DNA of 64,000 nt from Eledone cirrhosa. Taxonomy: Eukaryota. Shown here piece by piece: positions 26,901 to 42,329 of the stretch. Below the pieces are notes generated by a model. That model made no database searches. It had not been told where the DNA came from and saw nothing but the letters and a program-made list of their open reading frames with translations. The translations under genes were made by a program, and so were the position numbers. The stretch is taken from positions 10,106,001-10,170,000 of the forward strand of contig OZ024747.1 of assembly GCA_964016885.1 (NCBI GenBank), read 5' to 3'. Position 1 is the first letter of the stretch. Every line of letters starts with the position of its first letter.

Positions 26901-29900
26901 CACCAGACCTTCTTTTATTATCATCTTTGTGGGACCTACACCTTAAAACAGACCTGGTCTTATTACCATCTTTGTGGGTCCCACACCTTGCACCATGCCG
27001 GTCTCATTACCATCTTTGTGGGGGCTATACCTTACACAATCATGTTCTTATTACCATCTTTGTGGGGGCTATACCTTACACCATCCTTGTCTTATCATCT
27101 TTGTGGGGACTATACCTTACACATTCCTTGTCTTATACCATCTTTCTGAGACCTGAACCTTGCACCATCCTGCTCTTATTACCATCTTTGTTAGGGCTAC
27201 ACCTTACTAAATCCTTATCTTATTACCATCTTTGTGGGGGCTATACATTACACAAGACCTGCTCTTATTGCCATCTTTGTGGGATGTACACCTTGCACCA
27301 GACCCGGTCTTATTGCCATCTCTGTGGGAGCTATACCTTACAGCATCCCGGTCTTATTACCATCTTTGTTGGGGCTACACCTTACACCATCCCGGTCTTA
27401 TTACCATCTTTCTGGGACCTAAATCTTACACCATCCTGGTCTTATTACCCTCTTTCTGGGGACTATATCTTACACCATCCCGGTCTTATTACCATTTTTG
27501 AGTGTCCTACACCTTACAACATCCCGGTCTTATTATAAACTTTGTCGGGACTATACCTTACACCATCCAGGTCTTATTACCATCTTTATGGGGACTACAC
27601 CTTAAACCATCCCGGTCTTATTACCATCTTTGTGGGACCTACACCTTACACCATCTTGGTCTTATTAACATCTTTGTTGAGGCTACAACTTACACCATCC
27701 TTTTCTTATTGCCATCTTTCTGGGACCTACACTTTACACCATCCCGGTCTTATTACCATCTTTGTGGGGGCTACACCTAACGCCATCTTTGTGGGGACCA
27801 TACCTTACACATTCCTAGTCTTATACCATCTTTCTGAGACCTGCACCTTACACTATCCTGCTCTTATTACCATCTTTGTTAGGGCTACACCTTACTAAAT
27901 CCTTGTCTTATTACCATCTTTGTGGGACCTACACCTTACACCAGACCTGCTCTTATTACCATCTTTGTGGGTCCCACACCTTGCTCCATGCTGATCTTAT
28001 TACCATCTTTGTGGGGACTATACCTTACACAATCATGTTCTTATTACCATTTTTGTGTGTCCTACACCTTACACCATCCCGCTTTTATTACCATCTTTAT
28101 GGGGGCTATACCTTACACCAGACCTGATCTTATTACCATCTTTGTCGGGGCTACACCTTACACCATCCTTGTCTTATTACCATCTTTGTGGGACCTACAT
28201 CTTACACCATCCTGGTCTTATTACCATCTTTGTGGGACCTACATCTTACACCATCCTGGTCTTATTACCATCTTTGTGGGGGCTCTACTTTACACCAGAC
28301 CTTGTTTTATTACCATCTTTTGGGGACTATACCTTAGACCATCCTTGTCTTATTACCATCTTTGTGAGTCCTTCACCTTACACCATCCCGGTTTTATTAC
28401 CATCTTTGTGGGGGCTATACCTTACACCAGACGTGATATTATTACCATCTCTGTGGGGGCTACACCTTACACCATCCAGGTCTTATTGCCATCTTTGTGG
28501 GACCTACCCCTTGCACCAGACCCGGTCTTATTGCCATCTCTGTGGGATTTATACCTTGCAGCATCCCGGTCTTATTACCATCTTTGTTGGGGCTACACCT
28601 TACACCATCCCGGTCTTATTACCATCTTTCTGGGACCTAAATCTTACACCATCCTGGTCTTATTACCATCTTTGTGGGGACTATATCTTACACCATCCCG
28701 GTCTTATTACCATCTTTGTGTGTCCTACACCTTACAACATCCCAGTCTTATTATAAACTTTGTCGGGACTATACCTTACACCATCCAGGTCTTATTACCA
28801 TCTTTATGGGGACTACACCTTAAACCATCCCGGTCTTATTACCATCTTTGTGGGACCTACACCTTACACCATCCCGGTCTTATTACCATCTTTGTTGGGT
28901 CTACAACTTACACCATCCTTGTCTTATTGCCATCTTTCTGGGACCTACACTTTACACCATCCCGGTCTTATTACCATCTTTGTGGGGGCTACACCTAAAA
29001 CCATCCTTGTCTTATTACCATCTTTGTGGGGACTATACCTTACACATTCCTTGTCTTATACCATCTTTCTGAGACCTGCACCTTACACTATCCTGCTCTT
29101 ATTACCATCTTTGTTAGGGATACACCTTACTAAATCCTTGTCTTATTACCATCTTTGTGGGACCTACACCTTGCACCAGACCCGGTCGTATTACCATCTT
29201 TGTGGGGGCTACACCTTACACCAGACCTGGTCTTATTACCATCTTTGTGGGTCCTACACCTTGCACCATACTGATCTTATTACCATCTTTGTGGGGACTA
29301 TACCTTACACAATCATGTTCTTATTACCATTTTTGTGTGTCCTACACCTTACACCATCCCGCTTTTATTACCATCATTATGGGGGCTATACCTTACACCA
29401 GACCTGATCTTATTACCATCTTTGTCGGGGCTACACCTTACACCATCCTTGTCTTATTACCATCTTTGTGGGGGCTGTACCTTACAGCAGACCTGGTCTT
29501 ATTACCATCTTTGTTGGGGCTACACCTTACACCATCCTTGTCTTATTGCCATCTTTCTGGGACCTACACTTTATATCATCTTTGTGGGACTACACTTTGC
29601 ACCAGACCTGGTCTTATTACCATCTTTGTCGGGACTATACCTTACACCATCCTGGTCTTATTACCATCTTTGTCGGGACTATACCTTACACCATCCTGGT
29701 CTTATTGCCATCTTTGTGGGACCTACACGTTACACCATTCTGGTCTTAATACCATCTTTGTGGGACCTAGACCTTACACCGTCCGGATCTTATTAGCATT
29801 TTTGTGGGCGCTCTATCTTAAATCATCCTTGTCTTATTACCATCATTGTGAGTCCTACACCTTGCACCAGACCTGGTCTTATTACCATCTTTGTGGGACC

Positions 29901-32900
29901 TACACCTTACACCCTCCCAGTCTTATTACTATCTTTGTCGGGACTATACCTTACACCATCCTGGTCTTATTACCATCTCTATGGGGATTACACCTTACAC
30001 CATCCCGGTCTCATTACCAACTTTGTGGGACCTACACCTTACACCAGACCTTGTTTTATTACCATCTTTAGGGGCCTATACCTTAGACCATCCTTGTCTT
30101 ATTACCATCTTTGTGGGGGCTATACCTTACACCGGACCTGGTCTTATTACCATCTTTATGGGGGCTATACCTTACACCATCCCGCTCTTATTACCATCTT
30201 TATGGGGGCTATACCTTACACCATCCTTGTCTTATTACCATCTTTGTGGGGGCTATACCTTACACAATCATGTTCTTATTACCATCTTTGTGTGTCCTAC
30301 ACCTTACACCATCCCGCTCTATTACCATCTTTATGGAGGCTATAGCTTACACCAGACCTGATCTTATTACCATCTTTGTGGGGGCTACACCTTACACCAG
30401 ACCTGATCTTATTACCATCTTTGTTGGGGCTACACCTTACACCATCCTTGTCTTATTGCCATCTTTGTGGGACCTACACCTTGCACCAGACCCGGTCTTA
30501 TTGCCATCTCTGTGGGAGCTATACCTTACACCATCCAGGTCTTATTACCATCTTTATGAGGACTACACCTTAAACCATCCCGGTCTTATTACCATCTTTG
30601 TGAGACCTACACCTTACACCATCCTGGTCTTATTACCATCTTTGTTGGGGCTACAACTTGCACCATCCTTGCCTTATTGCCATCTTTCTGGGATTTACAC
30701 TTTACACCATCCCGGTCTTATTACCATCTTTGTGGGGGCTACACCTAACACCATCCTTGTCTTATTACCATCTTTGTGGGGACTATACCTTACACATTCC
30801 TTGTCTTATACCATCTTTCTGAGACCTGCACCTTACACCATCCTGCTCTTATTACCATCTTTGTTAGGGCTACACCTTACACCATCCTTGTCTTATTACC
30901 ATCTTTATGGGACCTACACCTTACACCATCCTGGTCTTATTGCCATCTTTCTGGGACCTACACTTTATACCATCTTTGTGGGACTACACCGTGCACCAGA
31001 CCTGGTCTTATTACCATCTTTGTCGGGACTATACCTTACACCATCCTGGTCTTATTACCATCTTTGTGGGGACTATACCTTACACCATCCTTGCCTTATT
31101 GCCATCTTTGTGGGACCTACACGTTAAACCATTTTGGTCTTAATACCATCTTTGTGGGACCTAGACCTTACACCGTCCGGGTCTTATTAGCATTTTTCTG
31201 GGCGCTCTATCTTACATCATCCTTGTCTTATTACCATCTTTGTGCGTCCTACACCTTACACCAGACCTGGCCTTCTTACCATCTTTGTGAGACCTACACC
31301 TTGCACCAGACCTGGTCTTATTATCATCTTTGTGAGTCCTACACCTTGCATCAGACCTGGTCTTATTACCATCTTTGTGGGACCTACACCTTGTAGCAGA
31401 CCCGGTCTTATTACCATCTTTGTCGGGACTATACCTTACACCATCCTGGTCTTATTACCATCTTTGTGGGACCTACACCTTACACCCTCCCGGTCTTATT
31501 ACCATCTTTGTCGGGACTATACCTTACACCATCCTGGTCTTATTACCAACTTTGTGGGACCTACACCTTACACCATCCTGGTCTTATTACCATCTTTGTG
31601 AGGACTACACCTTACACCAGACCTGGTCGTCTTATTACCATCTTTGTTGGGGCTACACCTTACACCATCCTGGTCTTATTACCATCTTTGTGGGGACCAT
31701 ACCTTACACATTCCTTGTCTTATTACCATCTTTGTGGGACCTACACCTAACACCAGACCTGGTCTTATTGCCATCTTTGTGGCGACTATACCTTACACCA
31801 TCCTGGTCTTATTACCATCTTTGAGGGTCCCACACCTTGCACCATGCCGGTCTTATTACCATCTTTGTGGGGATTACACCTTACACCAGACTGGTCTTAT
31901 TACCATCTTTGTGTGACCACACCTTGCACCAGACCTGGTCTTATTACCATCTTTGTGCGACCTACACCTTTCACCATCCTGGTCTTATTACCATCTTTGT
32001 GGGTCCTACACCTTACACCATCCCGATCTTATTACCATCTTTGTGGGGACTATACCTTACACCATCCTTGTCTTATTACCATCTTTGTGAGTCCTACATC
32101 TTACACCAGACCTGGTCTTATTAGCATCTTTGTAAGTCCTCCACCTTACCCCATCCCTGTCTTATTGCCAACTTTGGGGGCTATACATTACACCATCCTG
32201 GTCTTATTACCATCTTTGTGGGACCTACACCTTACACCTAACCTGGTTTTATTACCATCTTTGTGGGGGCTTCCCCTCACACCATCCTGGTCTTATTACC
32301 ATCTTTGTCGGGACTATACCTTAAACCATCCTGGTCTTATTACCATCTTTCTGGGTCCTACACCTTACACTAGACCCCGTCTTATTACCATCTTTTTGGG
32401 AGCTATACCTTACACCTGACCTGATCTTATTACCATCTTTGTGGGACCTACACCCTACACCATCTTGGTTTATTACCATCTTTGTGGGGACTATACCTTA
32501 CACCATTCTGGTCTTATTAGCATCTTTGTGGGGACTATACCTTAGACATTCCTTGTCTTATTACCATCTTTGTGGGATCTACACCTTACACCAGACCTGG
32601 TCTCATTACCGTCTTTGTGGGACCTACACCTTACACCATCTCGGTCTTATTACCATCTTTCTGGGACCTACACCTTACGCCAGACCTGTTCTTATTACCA
32701 TCTTTGTGGGGGCTTCACCTTGCACCAGACCCGGTCTTATAACCATCTTTGTCGGACCTACACCTTACACCAGACCTGGTCTTATTACCATCTTTGTCGG
32801 GGCTATACCTTACACCATCCTGGTCTTATTACCTTCTTTGTGCGTCCTACACCTTACAGCAGACCTGATCTTATTACCATCTTTGTGAGTCCTACACCTT

Positions 32901-35900
32901 ACACCAGACCTGGTCTTATTAACATCTTTGTGGGTCCCACACCTTGCACCATCCCGGTTTTATTGCCATCTTTCTGGGGGCTATACCTTACACCATCCTG
33001 GTCTTATTACCATCTTTGTGGGGGCTATACCTTATAGCAGACCTGGTCTTATTACCATCTTTGTTGGGGCTACACGTTACACCATCCCGGTCTTATTACC
33101 ATCTTTCTGGGACCTTCACCTTACACCATCCTAGTCTAATTACCATCTTTGTTAGGGCTACACCTTACACCGTGCTTGTCTTATTATCATCTTTGTGGGA
33201 CCTACACCTTACACCATCTTTGTCGGGACTACACCTTACACCAGACCTGGTCTTATTACCATCTTTGTGGGGACTATATCTAACACGATCCCGGTCTTTT
33301 TACCATCTTTGTGGGACATACACCATACACCATCCTAGTCTTATTACCATCTTTGTCGGGACTATAGCTTACACCATCCTGGTCTTATTACCATCTTTGT
33401 GGGGACTATAGCTTACACCATCCTGGTCTTATTACCATCTTTGTCGGGACTGTACCTTGCACCATCCCGGTCTTATTACCATCTTTATGGGGGCTACACC
33501 TTACATCAGACCTGGTCTTATTACCATCTTTGTCGGGGCTATACCTTACACCATCCTGGTCTTATTACCATCTTTGTGGGTCCTTCACCTTACACCAGAC
33601 CTGGTCTTATTTTCATCTTTGTGGGGGCTATACCTTACACCAGACCTGGTCTTATTACCATCTTTTGGGACCTACACCTTACACCATCTCGGTCTTATTG
33701 GCATCTTTGTGGGGGCTATACCTTACACCATCCTGGTCTTATTACCATCTTTGTGGGACCTACACCTTACACCATCCTGGTCTTATTACCATTTTTGTCG
33801 GGACTATACTTTACACCATCCCAGTCTTATTACCATCTTTATGGGACCTAAACCATCCTAGTCTTATTACCATCTTTGTCAGGACTATACCTTACACCAT
33901 CCGGGTCTTATTACCATCTTTGTTGGGGCTATACCTTACACCATCCGGGTCTTATTACCATCTTTGTGTGTCCTACACCTTACACCATCTTTGTGGGGAC
34001 CATACCTTACACTATCCTTGTCTTATTGCCATCTTTGTGAGTCCTACACCTTACACGAGACCTGGTCTTATTACCATCTGTGTGCGTTCTACAGCTTAGA
34101 CCATCTTTATGGGGACCATACCTTACACCATCCTTGTCTTATTACCATCTTTGTGAGTCCTACACCTTACACCAGACCTGGTCTTATTACCATCTTTGTG
34201 AGTCCTACACCTTGCACCAGAGCTGGTCTTATTACTATCCTTGTGGGGGCTATACCTTACACAATCATGTTCTTATTACCATCTTTGTGTGTCCTACACC
34301 ATACACCATCCCATACTTATTGCCATCTTTGTGGGAGCTATACCTTAGACCATCCTGGTCTTATTACCATCTTTGTGGGGGCTATACCTTACAGCAGACC
34401 TGGTCTTATTACCATCTTTGTGGGACCTACACCGTACACCATCCTGGTCTTATTACCATCTTTGTTGGGGCTACACCTTACACCATCCCTGATCTTATTT
34501 TCATCTTTGTGGGGGCTATACCTGACACCATGTCGATCTTATTACCATCTTTCTGGGACCTACACCTTACACCGTCTTTGTAGGGGCTTCACCTTACACC
34601 AGACCTGGTCTTATTACCATCTTTGTGGGAGCTTCACCTTACACCAGACCTGGTCTTATTACCATCTTTGTGGGAGCTTCACCTTACACCATCCTGGTCT
34701 TATTACCATCTTTGTGGGTCCTAGACCTTACACCAGACCTACTCTTATTACCAACTTTATGGGACCTACACCTTGCACCAGACCTGATGTTATTACCATT
34801 TTTGTGGGACCTACACCTTACACCTTCCTGGTCTTACCATCTTTGTGGGACCTATACCTTACACCAGACCTGGTCTTATTACCATCTTTGTGGGACCTAC
34901 ACCTTAAACCATCCGGGTCTTATAACCATCTTTGTGCAGGCTATACCTTACACCATTTTGGTCTTATTACCATCTTTGTGGGTCCTACTACTTACACCAC
35001 ACCTGATCTTATTACCATTTTTGTGGGACCTACACCTTACACCATCCGGGTCTTATTACCATCTTTGTGGGGACTACACCATACACCATCCTGGTCTTTT
35101 TACCATCTTTGTGGGGGCTATACCTTACACGATCCCTGTCTTATTACCATCTTTGTGGGGGCTATACCTTACACCATCCCGGTCTTATTACCTTATTTGT
35201 GGGGGCTACACCTTACACCAGACCTGGTGTTATTACCATCTTTGTGGGGGCTACACCTTACACCATCCGGGTCTTATTACCATCTTTGTGAGTCCTACAC
35301 CTTGCACCATCCTGGTCTTATTACCGTCTTTGTGGGACCTACACCTTACACCATCCCGGTCGTATTACCATCTTTGTGGGGACTACACCTTACACCAGAC
35401 CTGGTCTTATTACCGTCTTTGTGGGGACTATACCTTAGACCATCCTTGTCTTATTACCATCTTTGTGGGAGCTATACCTTACACCAGACCTGGTCTCATT
35501 ACCATCTTTGTGGGACCTAAGCCTTACACCATCCCTGTCTTATTGCCATCTTTGTGGGGGCTACACCTTACACCATCCTTGTCTTATTACCATCTTTGTG
35601 GGACCTACACCTTACACCAGACTTGGTCTTATTACCATCTTTGTCGGGACTATACCTTACACCATCCTTGTCTTATTACCATCTTTGATGGGTCCTACAC
35701 CTTACACCATCCCTGTCTTATTGCCATCTTTGTGGGGGCTACACCTTACACCATCCTTGTCTTATTACCATCTTTGTGGGACCTACACCTTACACCAGAC
35801 CTGGTCTTATTACCATCTTTGTCGGGACTATACCTTACACCATCCTTGCCTTATTACCATCTTTGTGAGTCCTACACCTTACACCAGACCTGGTCTTATT

Positions 35901-38900
35901 ATTACCATCTTAGTGGGTCCTACATCTTACACCAGACCTGATCTTATTACCATCTTTGTGGGACCTACACCTTACACCATCCTGGTCTTATTATCATCTT
36001 TGTGGGACCTACACCTTACACCATCCTGGTCTTATTACCATCTTTGTGGGGGCTACACCTTACACCAGACTTGGTCTTATTACCATCTTTGTGGGACCTC
36101 CACCTTACACCAGACCTGGTCTTATTACCATCTTTGTGGGGACTATATCTTACACCAGACTGGTCTTATTACCATCTTTGTGGGGGCTACACCTTACACC
36201 AGACCTGATCTTATTACCATCTTTGTCGGGGCTATACCTTACACTATCCTGGTCTTATTACCATCTTTGTGGTTCCTACTTCCTACTACCAGACCTGATA
36301 TTATCATTTTTGTGGCACCTACACCTTACACCATCCGGGTCTTATTACCATCTTTGTGGGGGCTATACGTTACACCATCCTGGTCTTATTCCCATCTTTG
36401 TGGGGGCTATACGTTACACCATCCTGGTCTTATTACCATCTTTGTGGGGGCTATACGTTACACCATCCTGGTCTTATTACCATCTTTGTGGGGGCTATAC
36501 GTTACACCATCCTGGTCTTATTACCATCTTTGTGGGGGCTATACGTTACACCATCCTGGTCTTATTACCATATTTGTGGGTCCTTTTACTTACACGAGAC
36601 CTGATGTTATTACCATTTTTGTGGGACCTACACCTTACACCAGACCTGGTCTTATTACCATCTTTGTGGGACCTACACCTTAAACCATCCGGGTCTTATA
36701 ACCATCTTTGTGCAGGCTATACCTTACACCATCCTTGTCTTATTACCATCTTTGATGGGTCCTACACCTTACACCATCCCTGTCTTATTGCCATCTTTGT
36801 GGGGGCTACACCTTACACCATCCCTGTCTTATTGCCATCTTTGTGGGGGCTACACCTTACACCATCCTTGTCTTATTGCCATCTTTGATGGGTCCTACAC
36901 CTTACACCATCCCTGTCTTATTGCCATCTTTGATGGGTCCTACACCTTACACCATCCTTGTCTTATTACCATCTTTGATGGGTCCTACACCTTACACCAT
37001 CCCTGTCTTATTGCCATCTTTGTGGGGGCTACACCTTACACCATCCTTGTCTTATTACCATCTTTGTGGGACCTACACCTTACACCAGACCTGGTCTTAT
37101 TACCATCTTTGTCGGGACTATACCTTACACCATCCTTGCCTTATTACCATCTTTGTGAGTCCTACACCTTACACCAGACCTGGTCTTATTATTACCATCT
37201 TAGTGGGTCCTACATCTTACACCAGACCTGATCTTATTACCATCTTTGTGGGACCTACACCTTACACCATCCTGGTCTTATTATCATCTTTGTGGGACCT
37301 ACACCTTACACCATCCTGGTCTTATTACCATCTTTGTGGGGACTATACCTTACACGACCATGGTCTTATTACCTTCTTCGTGGGACCTATACCTTACACC
37401 ATCCTGGACTTATTACCATCTTTGTGGGTCCTACACCTTACACGAGACCTAATCTTATTACCATCTTTGTGGGTGGTATACCTTACACGAGACCTGATGT
37501 TATTACCATTTTTGTGGGACCTACACCTTACACCTTCCTGGTCTTACCATCTTTGTGGGACCTATACCTTACACCAGACCTGATCTTATTACCATCTTTG
37601 TGGGACCTACACCTTACACCATTCTGGTCTTATCATCTTTGTGGGACCTACACCTTACACCATCCTGGTCTTATTACCATCCTTGTGGGGACTATACCTT
37701 ACACGACCATGGTCTTATTACCTTCTTTGTGGGACCTATACCTTACACCATCCTGGTCTTATTACCATCTTTGTGGGGACTACACCTTACACCATTCCGG
37801 TCTTATTACCATCTTTGTGGGGACTACACCTTACACCATCCTGGACTTATTACCATCTTTGTGGGACATACACCTTACACCATCCTGGTCTTATTACCAT
37901 CTTTGTGGGGACTATACCTTGCACCATCCTGGTCTTATTACCATCTTTGTGGGACATACACCTTACACCATCCTGGTCTTATTACCATCTTTGTGGGGAC
38001 TACACCTTACTCCAGACCTGGTCTTATTACCATCTTTTTGGGTCCCACACCTTACACCATCTCGGTCTTATTACCATCTTTGTGGGTCCTACACCTTACA
38101 CCAGACCTAATCTTATTACCATCTTTGTGGGTGGTATACCTTACACGAGACCTGATGTTATTACCATTTTTGTGGGACCTACACCTTACACCTTCCTGGT
38201 CTTACCATCTTTGTGGGACCTATACCTTACACCAGACCTGGTCTTATTACCATCTTTGTGGGACCTACACCTTACACCATCCTGGTCTTATTACCATCTT
38301 TGTGGGACCTACACCTTAAACCATCCGGGTCTTATAACCATCTTTGTGCAGGCTATACCTTACACCATCCCTGTCTTATCACCATCTTTGATGGGTCCTA
38401 CACCTTACACCATCCCTGTCTTATTGCCATCTTTGATGGGTCCTACACCTTACACCATCCCTGTCTTATTGCCATCTTTGATGGGTCCTACACCTTACAC
38501 CATCCCTGTCTTATCACCATCTTTGATGGGTCCTACACCTTACACCATCCCTGTCTTATTGCCATCTTTGATGGGTCCTACACCTTACACCATCCCTGTC
38601 TTATTACCATCTTTGATGGGTCCTACACCTTATACCATCCCTGTCTTATTGCCATCTTTGATGGTTCCTACACCTTACACCATCCTTGTCTTATTACCAT
38701 CTTTGATGGGTCCTACACCTTACACCATCCCTGTCTTATTGCCATCTTTGTGGGGGCTACACCTTACACCATCCTTGTCTTATTACCATCTTTGTGGGAC
38801 CTACACCTTACACCAGACCTGGTCTTATTACCATCTTTGTCGGGACTATACCTTACACCATCCTTGCCTTATTACCATCTTTGTGAGTCCTACACCTTCC

Positions 38901-39854
38901 ACCAGACCTGGTCTTATTATTACCATCTTAGTGGGTCCTACATCTTACACCAGACCTGATCTTATTACCAGCTTTGTGGGACCTACACCTTACACCATCC
39001 TGGTCTTATTATCATCTTTGTGGGACCTACACCTTACACCATCCGGGTCTAATTACCATCTTTGTGGGGGCTATACGTTACACCATCCTGGTCTTATTAC
39101 CATCTTTGTGGGTCCTTTTACTTACACGAGACCTGATGTTATTACCATTTTTGTGGGACCTACACCTTACACCTTCCTGGTCTTACCATCTTTGTGGGAC
39201 CTATACCTTACACCAGACCTGGTCTTATTACCATCTTTGTGGGACCTACACCTTACACCATCCTGGTCTTATTACCATCTTTGTGGGACCTACACCTTAA
39301 ACCATCCGGGTCTTATAACCATCTTTGTGCAGGCTATACCTTACACCATTCTGGTCTTATTACCATCTTTGTGGGTCCTACTACTTACACCACACCTGAT
39401 CTTATTACCATTTTTGTGGGACCTACACCTTACACCATCCGGGTCTTTTTACCATCTTTGTGGGGGCTATACCTTACACGATCCCTGTCTTATTACCATC
39501 TTTGTGGGGGCTATACCTTACACCATCCCGGTCTTATTACCTTCTTTGTGGGGGCTACACCTTACACCAGACCTGGTCTTATTACCATCTTTGTGGGGGC
39601 TATACCTTACACCATCCTGGTCTTATTACCATCTTTGTGGGTCCTACACCTTACACCAGACCTGATCTTATTACTATCTTTGTGGGGCCTACACCTTACA
39701 CCATCCCGGTCTTATTACCATCCTTGTGGGGGCTACACCTTACACCAGACCTGATCTTATTACCGTCTTTGTGGGACCTACACCTTACACCAGACTTGGT
39801 CTTATTACCATCTTTGTGGGACCTACACCTTACACCAGACCTGGTCCTATTTCA
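11986..39854. repeat. Large satellite array, 44/45-bp monomer (~600+ copies) with higher-order repeats
   Basis: Consensus GGTCTTATTACCATCTTTGTGGG(GGCTAT/ACCTAC/TCCTAC)ACCTTACACC(ATCCT/AGACCT), continuous for ~27.9 kb. Confidence 0.97.
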
Positions 39855-39865
39855 TCATCTCATCC

Positions 39866-40111
39866 TTAACCCTTTTGATACCAAACTATCTGAAACTGCT
39901 CCATGCTTCTATGAGAGAAAACTATTTCTTTAAAAACATTGATCTAAAACGTTTCCATCATAATTTTTGTTAAATAATATTTTAAACAGCAACTACTTAA
40001 TGAGAAAGTTATATATTATGAAAACTTTCGAAATTCTTAATTATATTTTCAAAATGATTTAAAAATTATAGACAATGTCTTTCATTAGAAATATGGTAAT
40101 GAGAGGCTTAA
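39866..40111. mobile_element. piggyBac-like TTAA MITE
   Basis: TTAA-CCCTTTTGATACC ... GGTAATGAGAGGC-TTAA; further degenerate copies at ~10340-10640, 40946-41192 and 46050-46240. Confidence 0.7.
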
Positions 40112-40594
40112 TGACACAGGCAGTGTCTTTCATTAGAAATATGGAGGTGTATATTACATCAGTTTCATTTTCAATGTGAAATTCGTATTTCCTATTGATT
40201 TTGATATATTTTGAATGACTATGGCCTTCAAAATGGTTGGAAATTAATAAAACATCATTATGTAATGGAATTGGAAAACAAAATCTATACTCTAAACAAC
40301 ATTTTAAACATTTTTAATATTAAAACTTCATAAATATATTCTCCACTTATGAGAATTTCAAAAGCATGACATCTAAACATAATATATATCGTTACCTTAA
40401 TTATTCCTTGCATAAACATATTTTAAATTTCTGAATAATTCTTTTATTTCCAGGTGTTGTTTTGAGAAATCTGTAAAACTGAAGTTGGAGGGCGTAAACT
40501 TCGCACCAAACGGTATGCCTGTGCAACCCATACCAGCTCCCTTGGATAGGGAGCATGGGATTGCGTAAGTACTTCTTTCTTTCTTTTTCTCCCA

Positions 40595-40880
40595 TTTATT
40601 CCTGGGAGGGTCATAGGGGCAGAGTCCTCAAACATTCCTTCCACTGGGTCCTATTAGAAGCAACCCTCTCCAAATGATCCAGCTGGATCCCAAAGAAGGA
40701 CCAGCTGAACTCATGGATGTTATCCAACCATCTAGCTCAGGGTCTACCCCTGGATTTCCTGCCAGTTGGTTTTGCCCGTAAAATCTGTCCAGTGATTCTT
40801 TTCGAAGACATATGCCCGTAATATTGGAGCTCTATGATCTCTTACTTTAGAGAAGTAGCAGTTCTACCTGAAGTGAGAGC
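40595..40880 (-). mobile_element. RTE-clade (Expander/Rex3-like) LINE 3' ORF fragment
   Basis: Minus-strand translation ...QYYGH...GRKSRGRP*ARWLDNIHEFSWSFFGIQLDHLERVASNRTQWKECLRTLP, with stops. Confidence 0.75.
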
Positions 40881-42329
40881 TGCTGCTTCTACAAATTGAG
40901 AGATCCCAGCTGCGATATTGTTAACACTGGTAATGTGTTTGTTGTTAATCCTTTTCATACCACACTCCCTAAGGTTCTCTGACACAAAACAGCCCATTTT
41001 AAAGTGTCCTTCTTTATATTAAGACATTGCATCATAATTTTATCTAAGAATTTTTTATTTAGTAATATTCCCAACCTCAACTAGATCAGGAAAATATGTT
41101 TGTTCGACTAAATTCCTCCAAATCTTTGATTATTTTAAATATTAATTGAAACACAGTGTTTTCCTTTGGAAATATGGTAACAGAATGGTTAGATAATTGA
41201 ATGTTAAAGATCCTGGTTTATCATATAATGATGTAATCATCATCATTGTTTAATGTCCATTTTCCACGCTGGCATGGGTTAGACGGGTTATCCCATAGAA
41301 GCAAGTCAGGTCAGATGATCATGTCTTGCTCATATAGAACTGTTTCTGTCTAGGTTTCTATGGCTAACACGGTGCTGAGTGCTTTTTGTCTTGACACCTA
41401 CGTGGCCACTTTACAATGTAGGCTGGATACATGACAGAATCAATATCTAAGAAGTTAACTGAGTGGTGGAATTACTCAGGGCATGGTCAGATGGTCAGTG
41501 GTTCAAATCTGACTACAACCATTGTTAAGTAAGTGTGAGTGAGAGAGATCTGTATTTAATACTCACTGGTTAAGGATCAGTCCAGCTCATGGTGTCCGCA
41601 CATAGAGTGGAGAAGACATTGCTCCAGAGGATGGTGAGGGAGATGCACTAGAATATCCAATGTTTATAAGATTAGTAGATTACCAGATTGGGAAGGTGAA
41701 GAAAGCGGAGTTATGTGCCTTGCTTAAAGAGATACAAATAAGTTTTTAATATAATGTTGCCATCTCCTCTTTTGTTGGATATTTAAAACTTTTTTTTTTC
41801 TTTCATGAATTGAAATAGAAATCAAAAAAATAAAAATGCCAAATCCAAAAAGGTTTTAAACTAAAATTGAAAATTCAAACATAAACGTTATAAACACAAA
41901 AGTTGTAAGCTTGACACTCTGCATTTTTTCATGCTAGCATGGGTTAGACAAGTTGTCCTGTTGTGAGACAAGTCTAATCAGATGACCATGTATTGCTCAT
42001 ACAGAACTGTTTCTGGCTTGGTTTCTATGACTGGATGACCTACCTAATACCAACCACATTTACAGAGTGGACTGGGTGCTTTTTAAGTTGACATGAAGAT
42101 GTCTACTTTACAGTGTGGACTGGGTGTTGGGGAGGGGTATTTAGTTAGTGAAGGATGGAGTGTTAGGACATGGGAGGTGTATAGCAGGTAGGAGGGAGAA
42201 GTGATGCTTCAAACCATGCACATGGGAAAGAGGGTTTTCTGAATTATTGCATAACACCAGAGATCTCGGTCCTGTATCATCACTTTTGAGAGGTGTAATT
42301 GAGTACAGTCAGCTTTTATCACTTCATCC

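Noticed and set aside
11986-39854. CRISPR-like array (conserved block plus variable block)
   Set aside because: Variable parts are variants of one sequence rather than unique spacers; no cas genes; eukaryotic context.
12032-39933. Dozens of long plus-strand ORFs (up to 674 aa)
   Set aside because: The satellite consensus lacks stop codons on this strand; all three frames are open and cycle with the 44/45-bp period. No evidence of coding.
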